Below, piece after piece: positions 1 to 8,826 of a stretch of 64,000 bases of DNA (position 1 is the first letter of the stretch; every line of letters begins with the position of its first letter). The translations under genes and the position numbers were made by a program. The notes beneath the pieces were generated by a model. The model had not been told where the DNA came from and ran no database searches. It saw nothing but the letters and a program-made list of their open reading frames with translations. The DNA is from Acidobacteriota bacterium (GTDB lineage: Bacteria; Acidobacteriota; UBA6911; RPQK01; JAJDTT01): contig CBDCJH010000002.1 of assembly GCA_965217775.1 (NCBI GenBank), positions 64,001-128,000 on the forward strand, in the 5' to 3' direction.

Positions 1-254
1 GAGCAAGATTCTCCGAAGCCGTGCCACTAGCTCGACTTTACCGTGTTCGCACCAGCATAGCATTGCCCTAGCGCGTGGGCAGACCGACGATTCAGATTCA
101 AGTTATTGATAAGGAAGGGTTTATCAGCCAGCCCGGCCGAGGCCCTTGCTCTCGTCCCATTGATTTTTGTATGACCTAACATATGGTGGGATTTGTCAGG
201 TCTTCTCCAGAACTATTATTCCATCTTTTAATGAAGTTTTTACGGATAACTCGC

Positions 255-284
255 TTGACATCGGTCGGATCCATACGCTATTGT
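255..284 (+). promoter_or_regulatory. Sigma70-type promoter of the IS1634 transposase
   Basis: TTGACA (255-260), 18-bp spacer, TATTGT (279-284), shortly before ATG 298. Confidence 0.55.
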
Positions 285-297
285 ATGACCTAATTAT

Positions 298-2022
298 ATG
301 GCTAGCCTCGTCAAGAAGATCATCCGGGGCCGCCCCTACTACTACGCCCGCGTCTGCAAGCGCGTCGACGGCAAACCCAAGATCGTCTCCCAGACCTATC
401 TCGGTCGCGCCGACAAGATCATCGAGAAGCTCCGCGCCGCCCCCGCCCCCGCCCAGCCGCTCGAGGCGGTCGTGCGCGAATTCGGGGCCTCGGCCGCCCT
501 GCTTACTCTCGCCCGCCGCTTGCAGTTGGTCGAGCACATCGACCGCCATCTCCCCAAGCGCGGCTCCGGTCCCTCCGTCGGCACCTACTTGCTCGCCGCC
601 GTCCTCAACCGCTGCCTCGCCCCCGGCTCCAAGGCCAGCCTCGCCCGTTGGTTCGACTCCACCGCCCTGCGCCGCCTGCTCCCCCTGCGCTCCAACCAGC
701 TCACCAGCCAGCGCTTCTGGGACCATATGCACCGCGTCCCCGTCCCCGCCCTCCCCGCCATTGAACGCGACATCGTTGCCGCCATGACCCGCGAGTTCCG
801 CCTCGACCTGGGCCAAGTGCTGTTTGACGCCACCAACTTCTTTACCTACATCAATTCCTTCAACCAGCGCTCCCAACTGGCTCAGCGCGGTCACAGCAAG
901 GAGGGCCGCAGGTCGTTGCGCATCATCGGCGTGGCCCTGCTGGTCACGGCCGACTTCCGCCTGCCCCTGCTGCATCGCACCTATCCCGGCAACCGCCCCG
1001 ACGCGCCGACGTTCCAAAGCCTCGCCGCCGACTTGGCCCGGCGCTACCGGGAGATCGCCGCCGGGACCGAGACGGTCACCCTGGTCTTCGACAAGGGCAA
1101 CAACTCGCGCCCGAACTTGGACTGGGTCGAGCGCAGCCCGTTCCACTTCATCGGCTCGCTGGTCCCCACCCAGCATCCGCACCTGCTGGCCGTGCCTGCG
1201 GACCAGATGCGCTCGCTGGAGGCCGACGGGCTGGCCGGCGTGCGCTCCTACCGCACCGAGTCCAAAGTGTTCGGCGTCCAGCGCACGGTGCTGGTGACTT
1301 GGAACCAAGCGCTGTTCGACGCCCAATGTCGGACGCTGCTGCGCGAGATCGCTAAGCGGCGCCAGCACCTGCGCGCCCTGCAGTGGCAGTTGCGGCGCTG
1401 GCGCGAGGGCAAGATCCGGGGGGGACGCAAGCCGAGCCTGGCCGGCACGCGCAAGAAGGTCGACGGCTGGCTGCGGGCCCGGCACATGCGGGACCTGTTC
1501 GCCGTTCAGGTGCGTGAGGTGGACGGCTTGCCGAAGGTGAATTATCGCTTCCAGCGGCGCGCCTGGGAGCAGCTTCAGCGCACGTTACTGGGCAAGACCC
1601 TGCTGTTCACCGACCAGGCGGGCTGGAGCGATGCCGAGCTGGTGCGCGGCTACCGCGCGCAACATCATGTCGAGAGCGCCTTCCGGCAGCTCAAGGACAG
1701 CAACTGCATCGCCATTCGGCCACAATACCACTGGACGGACCAGAAGATCGCGGTGCATGTGTTCTGCTGCGTGCTGGCGCTGATGCTGTGCGGCCTGCTG
1801 CAGCGGGAACTGAGCCGCCACGGCGTGCAGGACTCGATCCCCGCGCTGCTGGACGCGCTCAGCGGGATCCGCGAGGTCGACGTGCTGTATCCAGCGCGGG
1901 AGGAGGGCGGCGAGCCCGAACTCCGGACGACGCTCTCGCAGATGACGGACGAACAGCGCACGATGTACGAAGTCCTGGGACTCGAAAAACACGCCATCCG
2001 ACCCCTTGGTGCGGCTCCGTAG
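298..2022 (+). CDS. IS1634-family DDE transposase
   Basis: 574 aa. N-terminus KKIIRGRPYYY, then VLFDATN, GHSKEGR, LVFDKG, VESAFR and C-terminal IRPQYHWTDQKI motifs typical of IS1634. Confidence 0.9.
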   Translation: MASLVKKIIRGRPYYYARVCKRVDGKPKIVSQTYLGRADKIIEKLRAAPAPAQPLEAVVREFGASAALLTLARRLQLVEHIDRHLPKRGSGPSVGTYLLAAVLNRCLAPGSKASLARWFDSTALRRLLPLRSNQLTSQRFWDHMHRVPVPALPAIERDIVAAMTREFRLDLGQVLFDATNFFTYINSFNQRSQLAQRGHSKEGRRSLRIIGVALLVTADFRLPLLHRTYPGNRPDAPTFQSLAADLARRYREIAAGTETVTLVFDKGNNSRPNLDWVERSPFHFIGSLVPTQHPHLLAVPADQMRSLEADGLAGVRSYRTESKVFGVQRTVLVTWNQALFDAQCRTLLREIAKRRQHLRALQWQLRRWREGKIRGGRKPSLAGTRKKVDGWLRARHMRDLFAVQVREVDGLPKVNYRFQRRAWEQLQRTLLGKTLLFTDQAGWSDAELVRGYRAQHHVESAFRQLKDSNCIAIRPQYHWTDQKIAVHVFCCVLALMLCGLLQRELSRHGVQDSIPALLDALSGIREVDVLYPAREEGGEPELRTTLSQMTDEQRTMYEVLGLEKHAIRPLGAAP

Positions 2023-2070
2023 GTCATACGGGACACCTGCCCTATCTCTTTGCAAAAAAACAACTTATCT

Positions 2071-2619
2071 TTATCCTGATCTCCAATACGGTAAACTCGG
2101 GCTAGGAGTTCCAGGAGCTTTGTAGACCACGATGTCTTCGGTTTTCGTCTCGGCGTCGGCAACGACCCCTATTACGGCTCCAAGTCCCGCACAAACAGGG
2201 ACAGCTACCAACAACGCCTGGTAGGCTAGATCGCCGCGCGTTCCACTAGGTGCTTCGAAGACAATTCCAATCAAGGAGAGCCCACCAGCGACTCCGGCTC
2301 CAACTGCGGCTCCTTTCAATGCGCCATCGCCCAATCCATCCTTGGCAGGAAGTGTAATGGTCTGGATATCCGCTCGCGGAATCAATGCCCGGCCGGCGGC
2401 GTTCAGGAGTTCTAGATCTGACGAAGACAAGTCTCGGAACTGGCCGCTGATTCGATCTCCGTTTTTCAGTTCCACCTTGATGAGCGGCGCCATTTCTAAG
2501 GCGGCGACCTTCTCCCAGCGGCCCGGGATCACCTCCGCATGTGCTGGGATGGAGATCAATCCAGCCAGAATCAAAGAGACGATTTGGATCCGGTATGATT
2601 TCATGGTTGAGGATTTCAT
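2071..2619 (-). CDS. Secreted/membrane protein with small beta-barrel (Sm-like) domain and glycine-rich hydrophobic helices; C-terminus supplied by the IS
   Basis: Signal peptide ending AHA, VELKNGDRISG beta motif, GALKGAAVGAGVAGG glycine zipper. Last ~10 codons lie inside the IS1634 right end. Confidence 0.65.
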   Translation of the reverse strand: MKSSTMKSYRIQIVSLILAGLISIPAHAEVIPGRWEKVAALEMAPLIKVELKNGDRISGQFRDLSSSDLELLNAAGRALIPRADIQTITLPAKDGLGDGALKGAAVGAGVAGGLSLIGIVFEAPSGTRGDLAYQALLVAVPVCAGLGAVIGVVADAETKTEDIVVYKAPGTPSPSLPYWRSG

Positions 2620-2642
2620 TTCGGCACTTCCTTATGCTTTGG

Positions 2643-2727
2643 TCTCCTGCCCCCCGTGGAGCGTCCCCACAGAGAGCAGGAGGGACGCATCAACAAATGT
2701 GAATTCTGCGCGGGAAGAGGCTCACCG
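2643..2727 (-). promoter_or_regulatory. Repeated promoter plus 5' hairpin leader, copy 1
   Basis: About 57/65 identical to 3489-3553. Contains CGGTGAGCC-N16-TCACATT on the minus strand and a CTCCTGC...GCAGGAG hairpin. Confidence 0.65.
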
Positions 2728-2879
2728 AGGACGGGATGGGGCAGGGCGCCTGGACATCTGGCCCACGTTTGAAGGATCAGAAAAACATTTGATCCTTCGG
2801 TTAACGGATGTCCTGCTGATGATCTTCTCTCTGCTGGGGGTCTCCGGGGGGTTCGTGGCAGACATCCTGGGAGAGATCG

Positions 2880-3464
2880 TCAATCGACGATCTTGATGAT
2901 GATAGTCTCGCGATCCTTGCGTTTGCCCAACCAGTAGCCGAGAATAGCGCTCCCTACGGCTCCGCCCAGAAGGACCGAACACACCTCACCACCTCTTGAG
3001 GTCTCAATGATATGAATTCCCTGACTCGTGTACGCTACGATCGGGATAGAAAATCCGAGAAGTCCAAAACCTACGGCTCCCGACAACCGCAAGCTACCCC
3101 GCATTGCCTCAACTCGAATCTCTTTGACTGAACCTATGGCGATCGTGGTTTCGGAACCCTTAGAGTACCGTTTCCCATCCGTGGCTCTTGTAATGTGACC
3201 AAGATGAATGCTGTCGGCCAGAACCGTGATCTCATTGCCCCGGATGGCGCCTCCCTCAGAGAGAAGAATCGTGAACTGTTCCTCTCCGCTCAGAAAATCG
3301 CGAACTTCCTCCCAGGTCATCTCGCGGCGAATCTCCGTGCCGGCATTCAGCGTCTCGGGAACACAGAACAGAGCAACCAAGATCTGTGCTAGCAGTAACG
3401 GGATCATCCCGGCTGTTGTGGTTTTCCTCAGCCATCCTCCATTCGTGATCGTCAGACGTCTCAT
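2880..3464 (-). CDS. Membrane protein with the same architecture as its neighbours
   Basis: Start moved to ATG 3464 (RBS AAGGAGG). Signal-like N-terminus MRRLTITNGGWLRKTTTAG, beta domain, two C-terminal Gly-rich TM helices. Confidence 0.7.
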   Translation of the reverse strand: MRRLTITNGGWLRKTTTAGMIPLLLAQILVALFCVPETLNAGTEIRREMTWEEVRDFLSGEEQFTILLSEGGAIRGNEITVLADSIHLGHITRATDGKRYSKGSETTIAIGSVKEIRVEAMRGSLRLSGAVGFGLLGFSIPIVAYTSQGIHIIETSRGGEVCSVLLGGAVGSAILGYWLGKRKDRETIIIKIVD

Positions 3465-3488
3465 GGCGTGTACCTCCTTCTGCCTCGC

Positions 3489-3573
3489 TCTCCTGCCCCC
3501 CGTGGGACATCCCCACAAAGGGCAGGAGGTACGCATCAGGAAATGTGAATTCTTCGTCGGTAGGGGCTCACCG
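3489..3573 (-). promoter_or_regulatory. Repeated promoter plus 5' hairpin leader, copy 2
   Basis: Same CGGTGAGCC-N16-TCACATT motif and hairpin CTCCTGCCC...GTGGG ACAT CCCCAC...GGGCAGGAG. Confidence 0.65.
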
Positions 3574-3608
3574 AGACCGGGCATAGTCACGGTGTCTGAA
3601 GTTCCGAA

Positions 3609-4205
3609 TCACTTGGAATCGTTCGGCTCCTTGGTCTTGATCGCCGGCGAGCCATCCCACCACTCTAAATCTCTGTGCTGGAGTGGGACTTCGTAAATCC
3701 TTCCCATCCGTGATCCGATGAAGAATGGGATCGAAATTGGGACGGACAGAATAATGAGGTTGGCGAGAAAACCTTCTCGTCGCGTCATATCGTTGCTGAG
3801 CGGAAACAGTGCACCTGCACCAGCGGTAACCAAAATGGCGGCCCATCCGGGCCATCGCTTCAAGAACGGGCGATGGGTCAGCACCTTGCGCACATCCGTT
3901 TTCTGCAACGTGCGGGTTCTCAAATCCGTGTGGATGCGCTCCGTAAGTTCCAGGGTGACAGAGTCCTCCGTAGCCGATAGGAACCGCCCCTTGATCTTCT
4001 GCCTTCCTTGGGGCGCTTTGTCTTTGTACAGTTGAACCTCAGTCTTGGTCCCCGGCTTCACGCCTTGGACCTTGGGCCAAGTGGGCATGGGGTCCACGGA
4101 CCACCCGCCGCAGCTTGGCACACTCGCGAGTAGCAACAGGGGGACGAGGCCCGCCGCCGTGGTTCTCCTGAGTTCTCCTCCACTCTTGTTCGTCCATCGT
4201 CTCAT
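3609..4205 (-). CDS. Putative lipoprotein/membrane protein with the same architecture as its neighbours
   Basis: RBS GGAGG. N-terminus similar to the 3464 gene, possible lipobox (VPSC), KGRFLSATEDSVTL beta motif, two C-terminal TM helices. Confidence 0.7.
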   Translation of the reverse strand: MRRWTNKSGGELRRTTAAGLVPLLLLASVPSCGGWSVDPMPTWPKVQGVKPGTKTEVQLYKDKAPQGRQKIKGRFLSATEDSVTLELTERIHTDLRTRTLQKTDVRKVLTHRPFLKRWPGWAAILVTAGAGALFPLSNDMTRREGFLANLIILSVPISIPFFIGSRMGRIYEVPLQHRDLEWWDGSPAIKTKEPNDSK

Positions 4206-4246
4206 GGCATCGCCCTCCTCCGGGTGGAATGATCCCGTCAGGGATC

Positions 4247-4278
4247 AATGTGATGTTTTCACCAGAATGGGCTCACCG
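4247..4278 (-). promoter_or_regulatory. Shared bipartite promoter motif, copy 3
   Basis: CGGTGAGCC-N16-TCACATT with the same 16-bp spacing as copies 1 and 2, followed by a GATCCC-TGAC-GGGATC hairpin. Confidence 0.6.
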
Positions 4279-4348
4279 GTTTGGAAATAAGAGGGGATCG
4301 AAAAGCGCCAATCCGTCGCAGAGAATGGGGAGTCAGAGGTCTTCTGTA

Positions 4349-4376
4349 GATTACGATAAAGTATATTATGCATATC
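4349..4376. other. dif-like 11-6-11 tyrosine-recombinase site
   Basis: GATTACGATAA-AGTATA-TTATGCATATC resembles E. coli dif (GGTGCGCATAA-TGTATA-TTATGTTAAAT) and lies just upstream of the recombinase remnant. Confidence 0.55.
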
Positions 4377-4380
4377 TATG

Positions 4381-4626
4381 ATGGCTGACTAGGAACTCGT
4401 TCTCAGAACCTCGGATTCGCCGGCCGAAACCGACCTCGAAGGGACCTTCCCGGCCATCCTCATGCGCGCCGGCAAGGCGGCCTGCTTTGCCGCGGACGTG
4501 TTCTTCTCGGCCCGAATCTCCAACCCCCACACCCGGACCGCCTACGCCCACCAGGTGAGCCGGTTCCTCGCTTGGTGCGAGGACCAGGGGCTGGAGCTCC
4601 ACCAGGTGACGCCCGGCCGGGCCGGT
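4381..4626 (+). pseudogene. Tyrosine recombinase/integrase N-terminal remnant
   Basis: ATG 4381 with in-frame TAG at codon 4, then FFSARISNPHTRTAYAHQVSRFLAWCE (SAM-like core-binding domain). No catalytic domain follows. Confidence 0.7.
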
Positions 4627-5106
4627 GCAAGCGACGGAGCCGCGGAATCGCCGGTTCTTTTCATCGGCAGCCTCCTCCATTCCCTCGGCACCACAGGTGA
4701 AATGGTCCTCGGCGGCATCGCTGTCGGGAGGCGGCCCTTCCACCTCCGTCACCCAGAGAACGCCCGCCGCCTCGTTCAGCTCGCCGAAAATAAGGCCACC
4801 GGGCTCAACTTTTTGGTCCGGCCGTTCGAACAGAGCGTCTCGTCCACGCTCGCATTTCGCGTACGGCTTCGGAAGATACCCGGACCGAGAGCCCCCTTCC
4901 CTTCTCTTCTAGGATGTGGTCTGGCGACCAAGAAAACGCATGGATCGGACCCTGCTCTTCGAAGATCCACCCGGATCCAGTTTTCCCGATATCGAGTCCG
5001 GAAGCGTCCGTTGGAATGAAGCGGAATCGTCGCATAGAATCCGCCGGATACACTATCCCGCGATCGTGAGTCCGCAGTTGATCACGTGGACGGGAGGCTA
5101 TGCCTT

Positions 5107-5853
5107 ATGAGTGATTCTGTTGCGTTACCATCTGAACTCATCGCGGTTCGCGATGCTTGTGGCCGAATTTTGAAAAAACTCAAGGGCGGAATGGACCCGT
5201 CCGAGAAGCCGGCTGGTCCCTTCGACGACCATGAACCATTCGACATCGTCGATTCCGGCATCCTATCGATCCAATTGACACGCCTCCAAGACGGTGTGTT
5301 TCACTTGGTGAGCGCGATCGAAGAATTGGGCGAAGCAATGGAGATTGGTGAGTACGACAACTCCACCGTGTACAGCATCATGGGTCGAGTTGAAGCGCAC
5401 GTCGAGATTCTGCAGGCGGAATGTGTTGTGGTTGGTGCCTGGCGTGTCAGCGGCGAGGATTTGGTCGCCCGGGATCTGATGACCGCCATCTACAGGCATA
5501 CGCTGAACGAAATCCGGCTGTGGTTGGAAGAGGTGGTCGCAGGGCTGACTGATCCAATCTCCGAACTGGAAAAACGGGGTATTGGACTGGCTGAGCAGGT
5601 GGAGACCCTGAAGTGGGTGACTGAGCCAGCCCCGACGTCCGTGCAGATCCCATTCACCCTTGAGTTAACTGGCGCACCGGAGCTTTCCGATCTAACGGCA
5701 TGGATGGAACGCCGAGCCCGGCGGAAGGTGGCCCAGCTTGAACGGCAGGAGGGGGAACAGATCCGGCGTGAGCGCGACTCCGTTAGAGATTGGAGTTTTT
5801 TGTTTGGAGCCTTGTTCGGTTGGTGGCTCGGCGGCGGGGGCGACGACGAGTGA
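5107..5853 (+). CDS. Hypothetical protein with C-terminal membrane anchor
   Basis: GGAGG RBS 9 nt upstream of ATG 5107; helical protein ending FLFGALFGWWLGGGGDDE. Confidence 0.65.
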   Translation: MSDSVALPSELIAVRDACGRILKKLKGGMDPSEKPAGPFDDHEPFDIVDSGILSIQLTRLQDGVFHLVSAIEELGEAMEIGEYDNSTVYSIMGRVEAHVEILQAECVVVGAWRVSGEDLVARDLMTAIYRHTLNEIRLWLEEVVAGLTDPISELEKRGIGLAEQVETLKWVTEPAPTSVQIPFTLELTGAPELSDLTAWMERRARRKVAQLERQEGEQIRRERDSVRDWSFLFGALFGWWLGGGGDDE

Positions 5854-5907
5854 GATCTTGACGACCCGCCCAGGTCCGGTCCCTGCGAGATCTCCCGCCA
5901 CTGCCCC

Positions 5908-8589
5908 TCACGCCCGCTTGAGATCACGGATAATGCGGTCACAGTTGAGCACCTTCTCCGCCAGATCCAGCGGGCGATAGTAGTAGTGGTTGGACGCCTC
6001 GTATCCGATTCTGGAGTCGCGCCGAGCAATCGGGTAGAGCCGTCGGGCCAGATCGATCTCATCCCGGGCGAGCGCCATCATCTCCGCCCGGATCTTGCGG
6101 AGGTCGCCGGTCCCAGACTCCAACTGCTGCCGGAGCATGTAGAATTCCACCTGATTCGCAACGCTGCGGAAGTGGATGAAGCAGGTCTCACTCACCCCCA
6201 GGTCTTTCCTCGCCTCCGTCTGTAGATGCTCCGGAACTTGCTTCAGGGCTCTCCGTAGGGCGCCGAGTCCCTTTTCCCATTTCTCCGACATCGTGTGGAA
6301 CTGTTTCTGCACCACCTCTTCCGGGTAGGCGCCGCGCCAGCCCGGCACGTCGTCATGGGGGAACAGAATCATGCGGGATCGTTGACCCGTGGGATTCGAA
6401 CGCAACAGATTGGCGGGTCCGTGCTGGACCGGGATCATGTAGATGCTGATCCCGTACGGAAACTCTTCGAAGGCGTCACTGAAGGCCTTCCATGCCGCCT
6501 TGACCAGTGGCGCGGACTTCGGACCGTAACGGCGCTCCGCCACCAGAGTCAGGACCTCGTCGGGATCCGGCGTCGGCCAGCGGCAATATTCCCGAGCGAC
6601 CTCCAGATTGGGCGAAGGGTACCCCCCCACTGTCCAAGAGAGCATCAGCCCTTCGATTCCGACTCTCAGAAGGTTCTCGAGATGCCGCTGAGTCAGGTTC
6701 AGGACCGGTATGTAGGGGACGGACGACATCTCCCAACTGTTGTTGATCTGGATCTTGGCCAGGGCGCTGATTCCCCTCTGGCGCGCGGCCGTCCAGTGCC
6801 GCACCGCCCTCGGTCCCGGACCGACCACGGAGACGGAGTACTCGCCGACCTGGGTGCGGACGCCGCCGCGGTGGACCGGTTGTTCCCACTCGCTGATGCT
6901 GAGCAGACGGACGTCTTGCGGAAGGCTGCGAATGGTGGCAAACGGGTCATTGCCGTTCGGCACCCAGGAGTGCCCCCAGCCCCAGTCCCAGAAGATGATC
7001 TCGGCCTTTCGGCTGCTGCTGCGGATGCCGTCGCGGATGGCCTTCAGGACCGCCCCCACCGTCTTCGAGGGGTCGATCCCGGGGCAACGGGGGCAGTTCT
7101 CGGGACGTCCCCGGGAGAAGCAGTTGGTGAGGTTCTCCGACATGGTGATGTTGACGATCCCTCCCAGGTCGGGAACCTGGGCGAAGACGTGGCTCAGACC
7201 TTCCGAGACCCACTGGAGGACCGGCTCCGTGTTGGTGCACATGGCGTAGTAGCGGGGATCGGCGACGTCGTAGGTGCCCTTGATCTCGGAACGGCCGCGA
7301 AAGAAGGATTCGGGCATGGCCCTGGGTTCGTTGATGTAGAGCAGGACCTTCATGCCGTACTCGGCGCACCGGTCCACCAGCCGGTTGAGCCGTTCGAGGC
7401 GCGTCTGCCAACCCTCGCCGAATTCGGGAAAGATGCGGGAAGGGGAGAGCTGTCTCAGGACGCCCTGCAGCCAGACTCCATTGACTCCCAGGCGCGCCAA
7501 TTTCTCCAGGTACGCCGGAGGAAACGGATCGATGTCCTCCTCCATCAGGGGATCTCCGTAGAGGGCGACGTAGGAGTACAGGTAGGATGTATCCAGTCGC
7601 CGGGCTCTTCGGATCGTCCCCTTGGGCAGGAAGGGACCGTGCCGCTGCTCCATCCGCAATTGCATCTCGTAGACGGCTTGGCGAATTCCCCCCGGATCGG
7701 ACGCCAGAACCGTCACCGAATCGGAGTCGATCCGGATCTCGAAACTGTCCGGAATCGACGCGATGTCCGGATCCAAGTGGAAACGGAGCGTTCCCCCATT
7801 CGACGCCCCGCCGTCGCCGACAGCCTGGGTGGGACAGTGCATGGTGTGCCTCAGGTAGGACCGAAACCTCTCAGCTACCCTCTTCAGCCTGGCTTGATCC
7901 GGTATCCGGACCCCCCAACCTGAGAGATCGACCTCCTCCCGAAACGCTTGTGCCCGCGGGTCCCGATGCGCCGGGATCTTGCTTCGGCTCAGATCGTGAA
8001 CGAAACGAAACGGCTCCTCCCCGCTTTCGTGCAGAGCCTTCCCAAAGGTCGTTGCCACCAGCCGCCGGATCTCCGCAGTCCTGCGCCTCTCCTCCGGCGT
8101 CGGAGTCGCCCAACGGATCGGCTCACACTTAGGTTTGGGTCCGAGCTTGTAGAACAGGAAATCGTCTTCCCGGAGAGTGAATTCGTAGTGCTCCCGATCC
8201 CAGCCGAGAAGGGAGATCAGTTGCTCTTCGGGCAATACGTGCCAGTTCTGGCGGATCACGGAAATGTAGATACGGCGGAGCTGTTCGGCGGTCAGGGTCG
8301 GCTTATGGGGAAGGCCAATCGACTCTCCCAATTGAATGATCTGATCGGCCGTGGACCCGACGACCCGGCCCATGCGGACGGCGTTGGCCAATTCCCAGTT
8401 TCTCCAGACGAACAGATAGAGCCGACTGGGGAAATGAGGCTCGGCGATGGGAGCGGAGAAGTCCCCGTAGTGAGCCTCGATGGGACCCTGAGGCCGAGCC
8501 AGACCGGTCAGAACCGCCGGAGTCGCGACGGCGCCGGCCAGAAACTCTCTTCGGTTGGGAGACATTCTTCGGGTGAATCGCTGCGACAT
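5908..8589 (-). CDS. Tat-exported glycoside-hydrolase-like protein (GH20 domain-2-like fold plus TIM barrel)
   Basis: NRREFL twin-arginine motif; SFEIRIDSDSVTVLASDPGGIRQAVY resembles GH20 domain 2; GVNGVWLQG barrel strand. Confidence 0.65.
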   Translation of the reverse strand: MSQRFTRRMSPNRREFLAGAVATPAVLTGLARPQGPIEAHYGDFSAPIAEPHFPSRLYLFVWRNWELANAVRMGRVVGSTADQIIQLGESIGLPHKPTLTAEQLRRIYISVIRQNWHVLPEEQLISLLGWDREHYEFTLREDDFLFYKLGPKPKCEPIRWATPTPEERRRTAEIRRLVATTFGKALHESGEEPFRFVHDLSRSKIPAHRDPRAQAFREEVDLSGWGVRIPDQARLKRVAERFRSYLRHTMHCPTQAVGDGGASNGGTLRFHLDPDIASIPDSFEIRIDSDSVTVLASDPGGIRQAVYEMQLRMEQRHGPFLPKGTIRRARRLDTSYLYSYVALYGDPLMEEDIDPFPPAYLEKLARLGVNGVWLQGVLRQLSPSRIFPEFGEGWQTRLERLNRLVDRCAEYGMKVLLYINEPRAMPESFFRGRSEIKGTYDVADPRYYAMCTNTEPVLQWVSEGLSHVFAQVPDLGGIVNITMSENLTNCFSRGRPENCPRCPGIDPSKTVGAVLKAIRDGIRSSSRKAEIIFWDWGWGHSWVPNGNDPFATIRSLPQDVRLLSISEWEQPVHRGGVRTQVGEYSVSVVGPGPRAVRHWTAARQRGISALAKIQINNSWEMSSVPYIPVLNLTQRHLENLLRVGIEGLMLSWTVGGYPSPNLEVAREYCRWPTPDPDEVLTLVAERRYGPKSAPLVKAAWKAFSDAFEEFPYGISIYMIPVQHGPANLLRSNPTGQRSRMILFPHDDVPGWRGAYPEEVVQKQFHTMSEKWEKGLGALRRALKQVPEHLQTEARKDLGVSETCFIHFRSVANQVEFYMLRQQLESGTGDLRKIRAEMMALARDEIDLARRLYPIARRDSRIGYEASNHYYYRPLDLAEKVLNCDRIIRDLKRA

Positions 8590-8826
8590 GAACCTGCCTC
8601 GAAAGAACTGAAGGAGAGTGCGATTCCTTGACCTGAATTATTGCATTTTGGGACAATTCGATCACTCAACCAGCGCATTGACTTCACCTTCCAACCGGAG
8701 CCAGGCACTCGAGGAAATGGACGACACCGGGCTCTCGATTCAAAACGGAAGCCAGGGTCCGGCTCGCGCTCTGAGGGTTTGCTTCAGAGCCGGGCCCATG
8801 GCCGAAAAGCGGAAAGGGACGAGACC

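Larger units (their letters stand above)
27..2105 (+). mobile_element. IS1634-family insertion sequence (complete)
   Basis: Terminal inverted repeats CTAGCTCGACTTTACCGTGTT (27-47) and AATACGGTAAACTCGGGCTAG (2085-2105) match at 18/21. CTAG at both ends is the likely target duplication. Encloses one DDE transposase. Confidence 0.85.

Noticed and set aside
2643-3553. Integron attC sites
   Set aside because: No RYYYAAC...GTTRRRY ends, the hairpins sit 5' of genes behind a promoter motif, and no IntI gene is visible.
4349-4376. The chromosomal dif site
   Set aside because: The right arm TTATGCATATC departs from the strongly conserved XerD arm TTATGTTAAAT, and the position fits a recombinase's own site better. 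GC skew would be needed to exclude it fully.
4462-5019. 185-aa ORF as an intact integrase
   Set aside because: Only the first ~55 aa resemble a recombinase; the catalytic R-H-R-Y residues are absent and the natural start is cut off by a stop.
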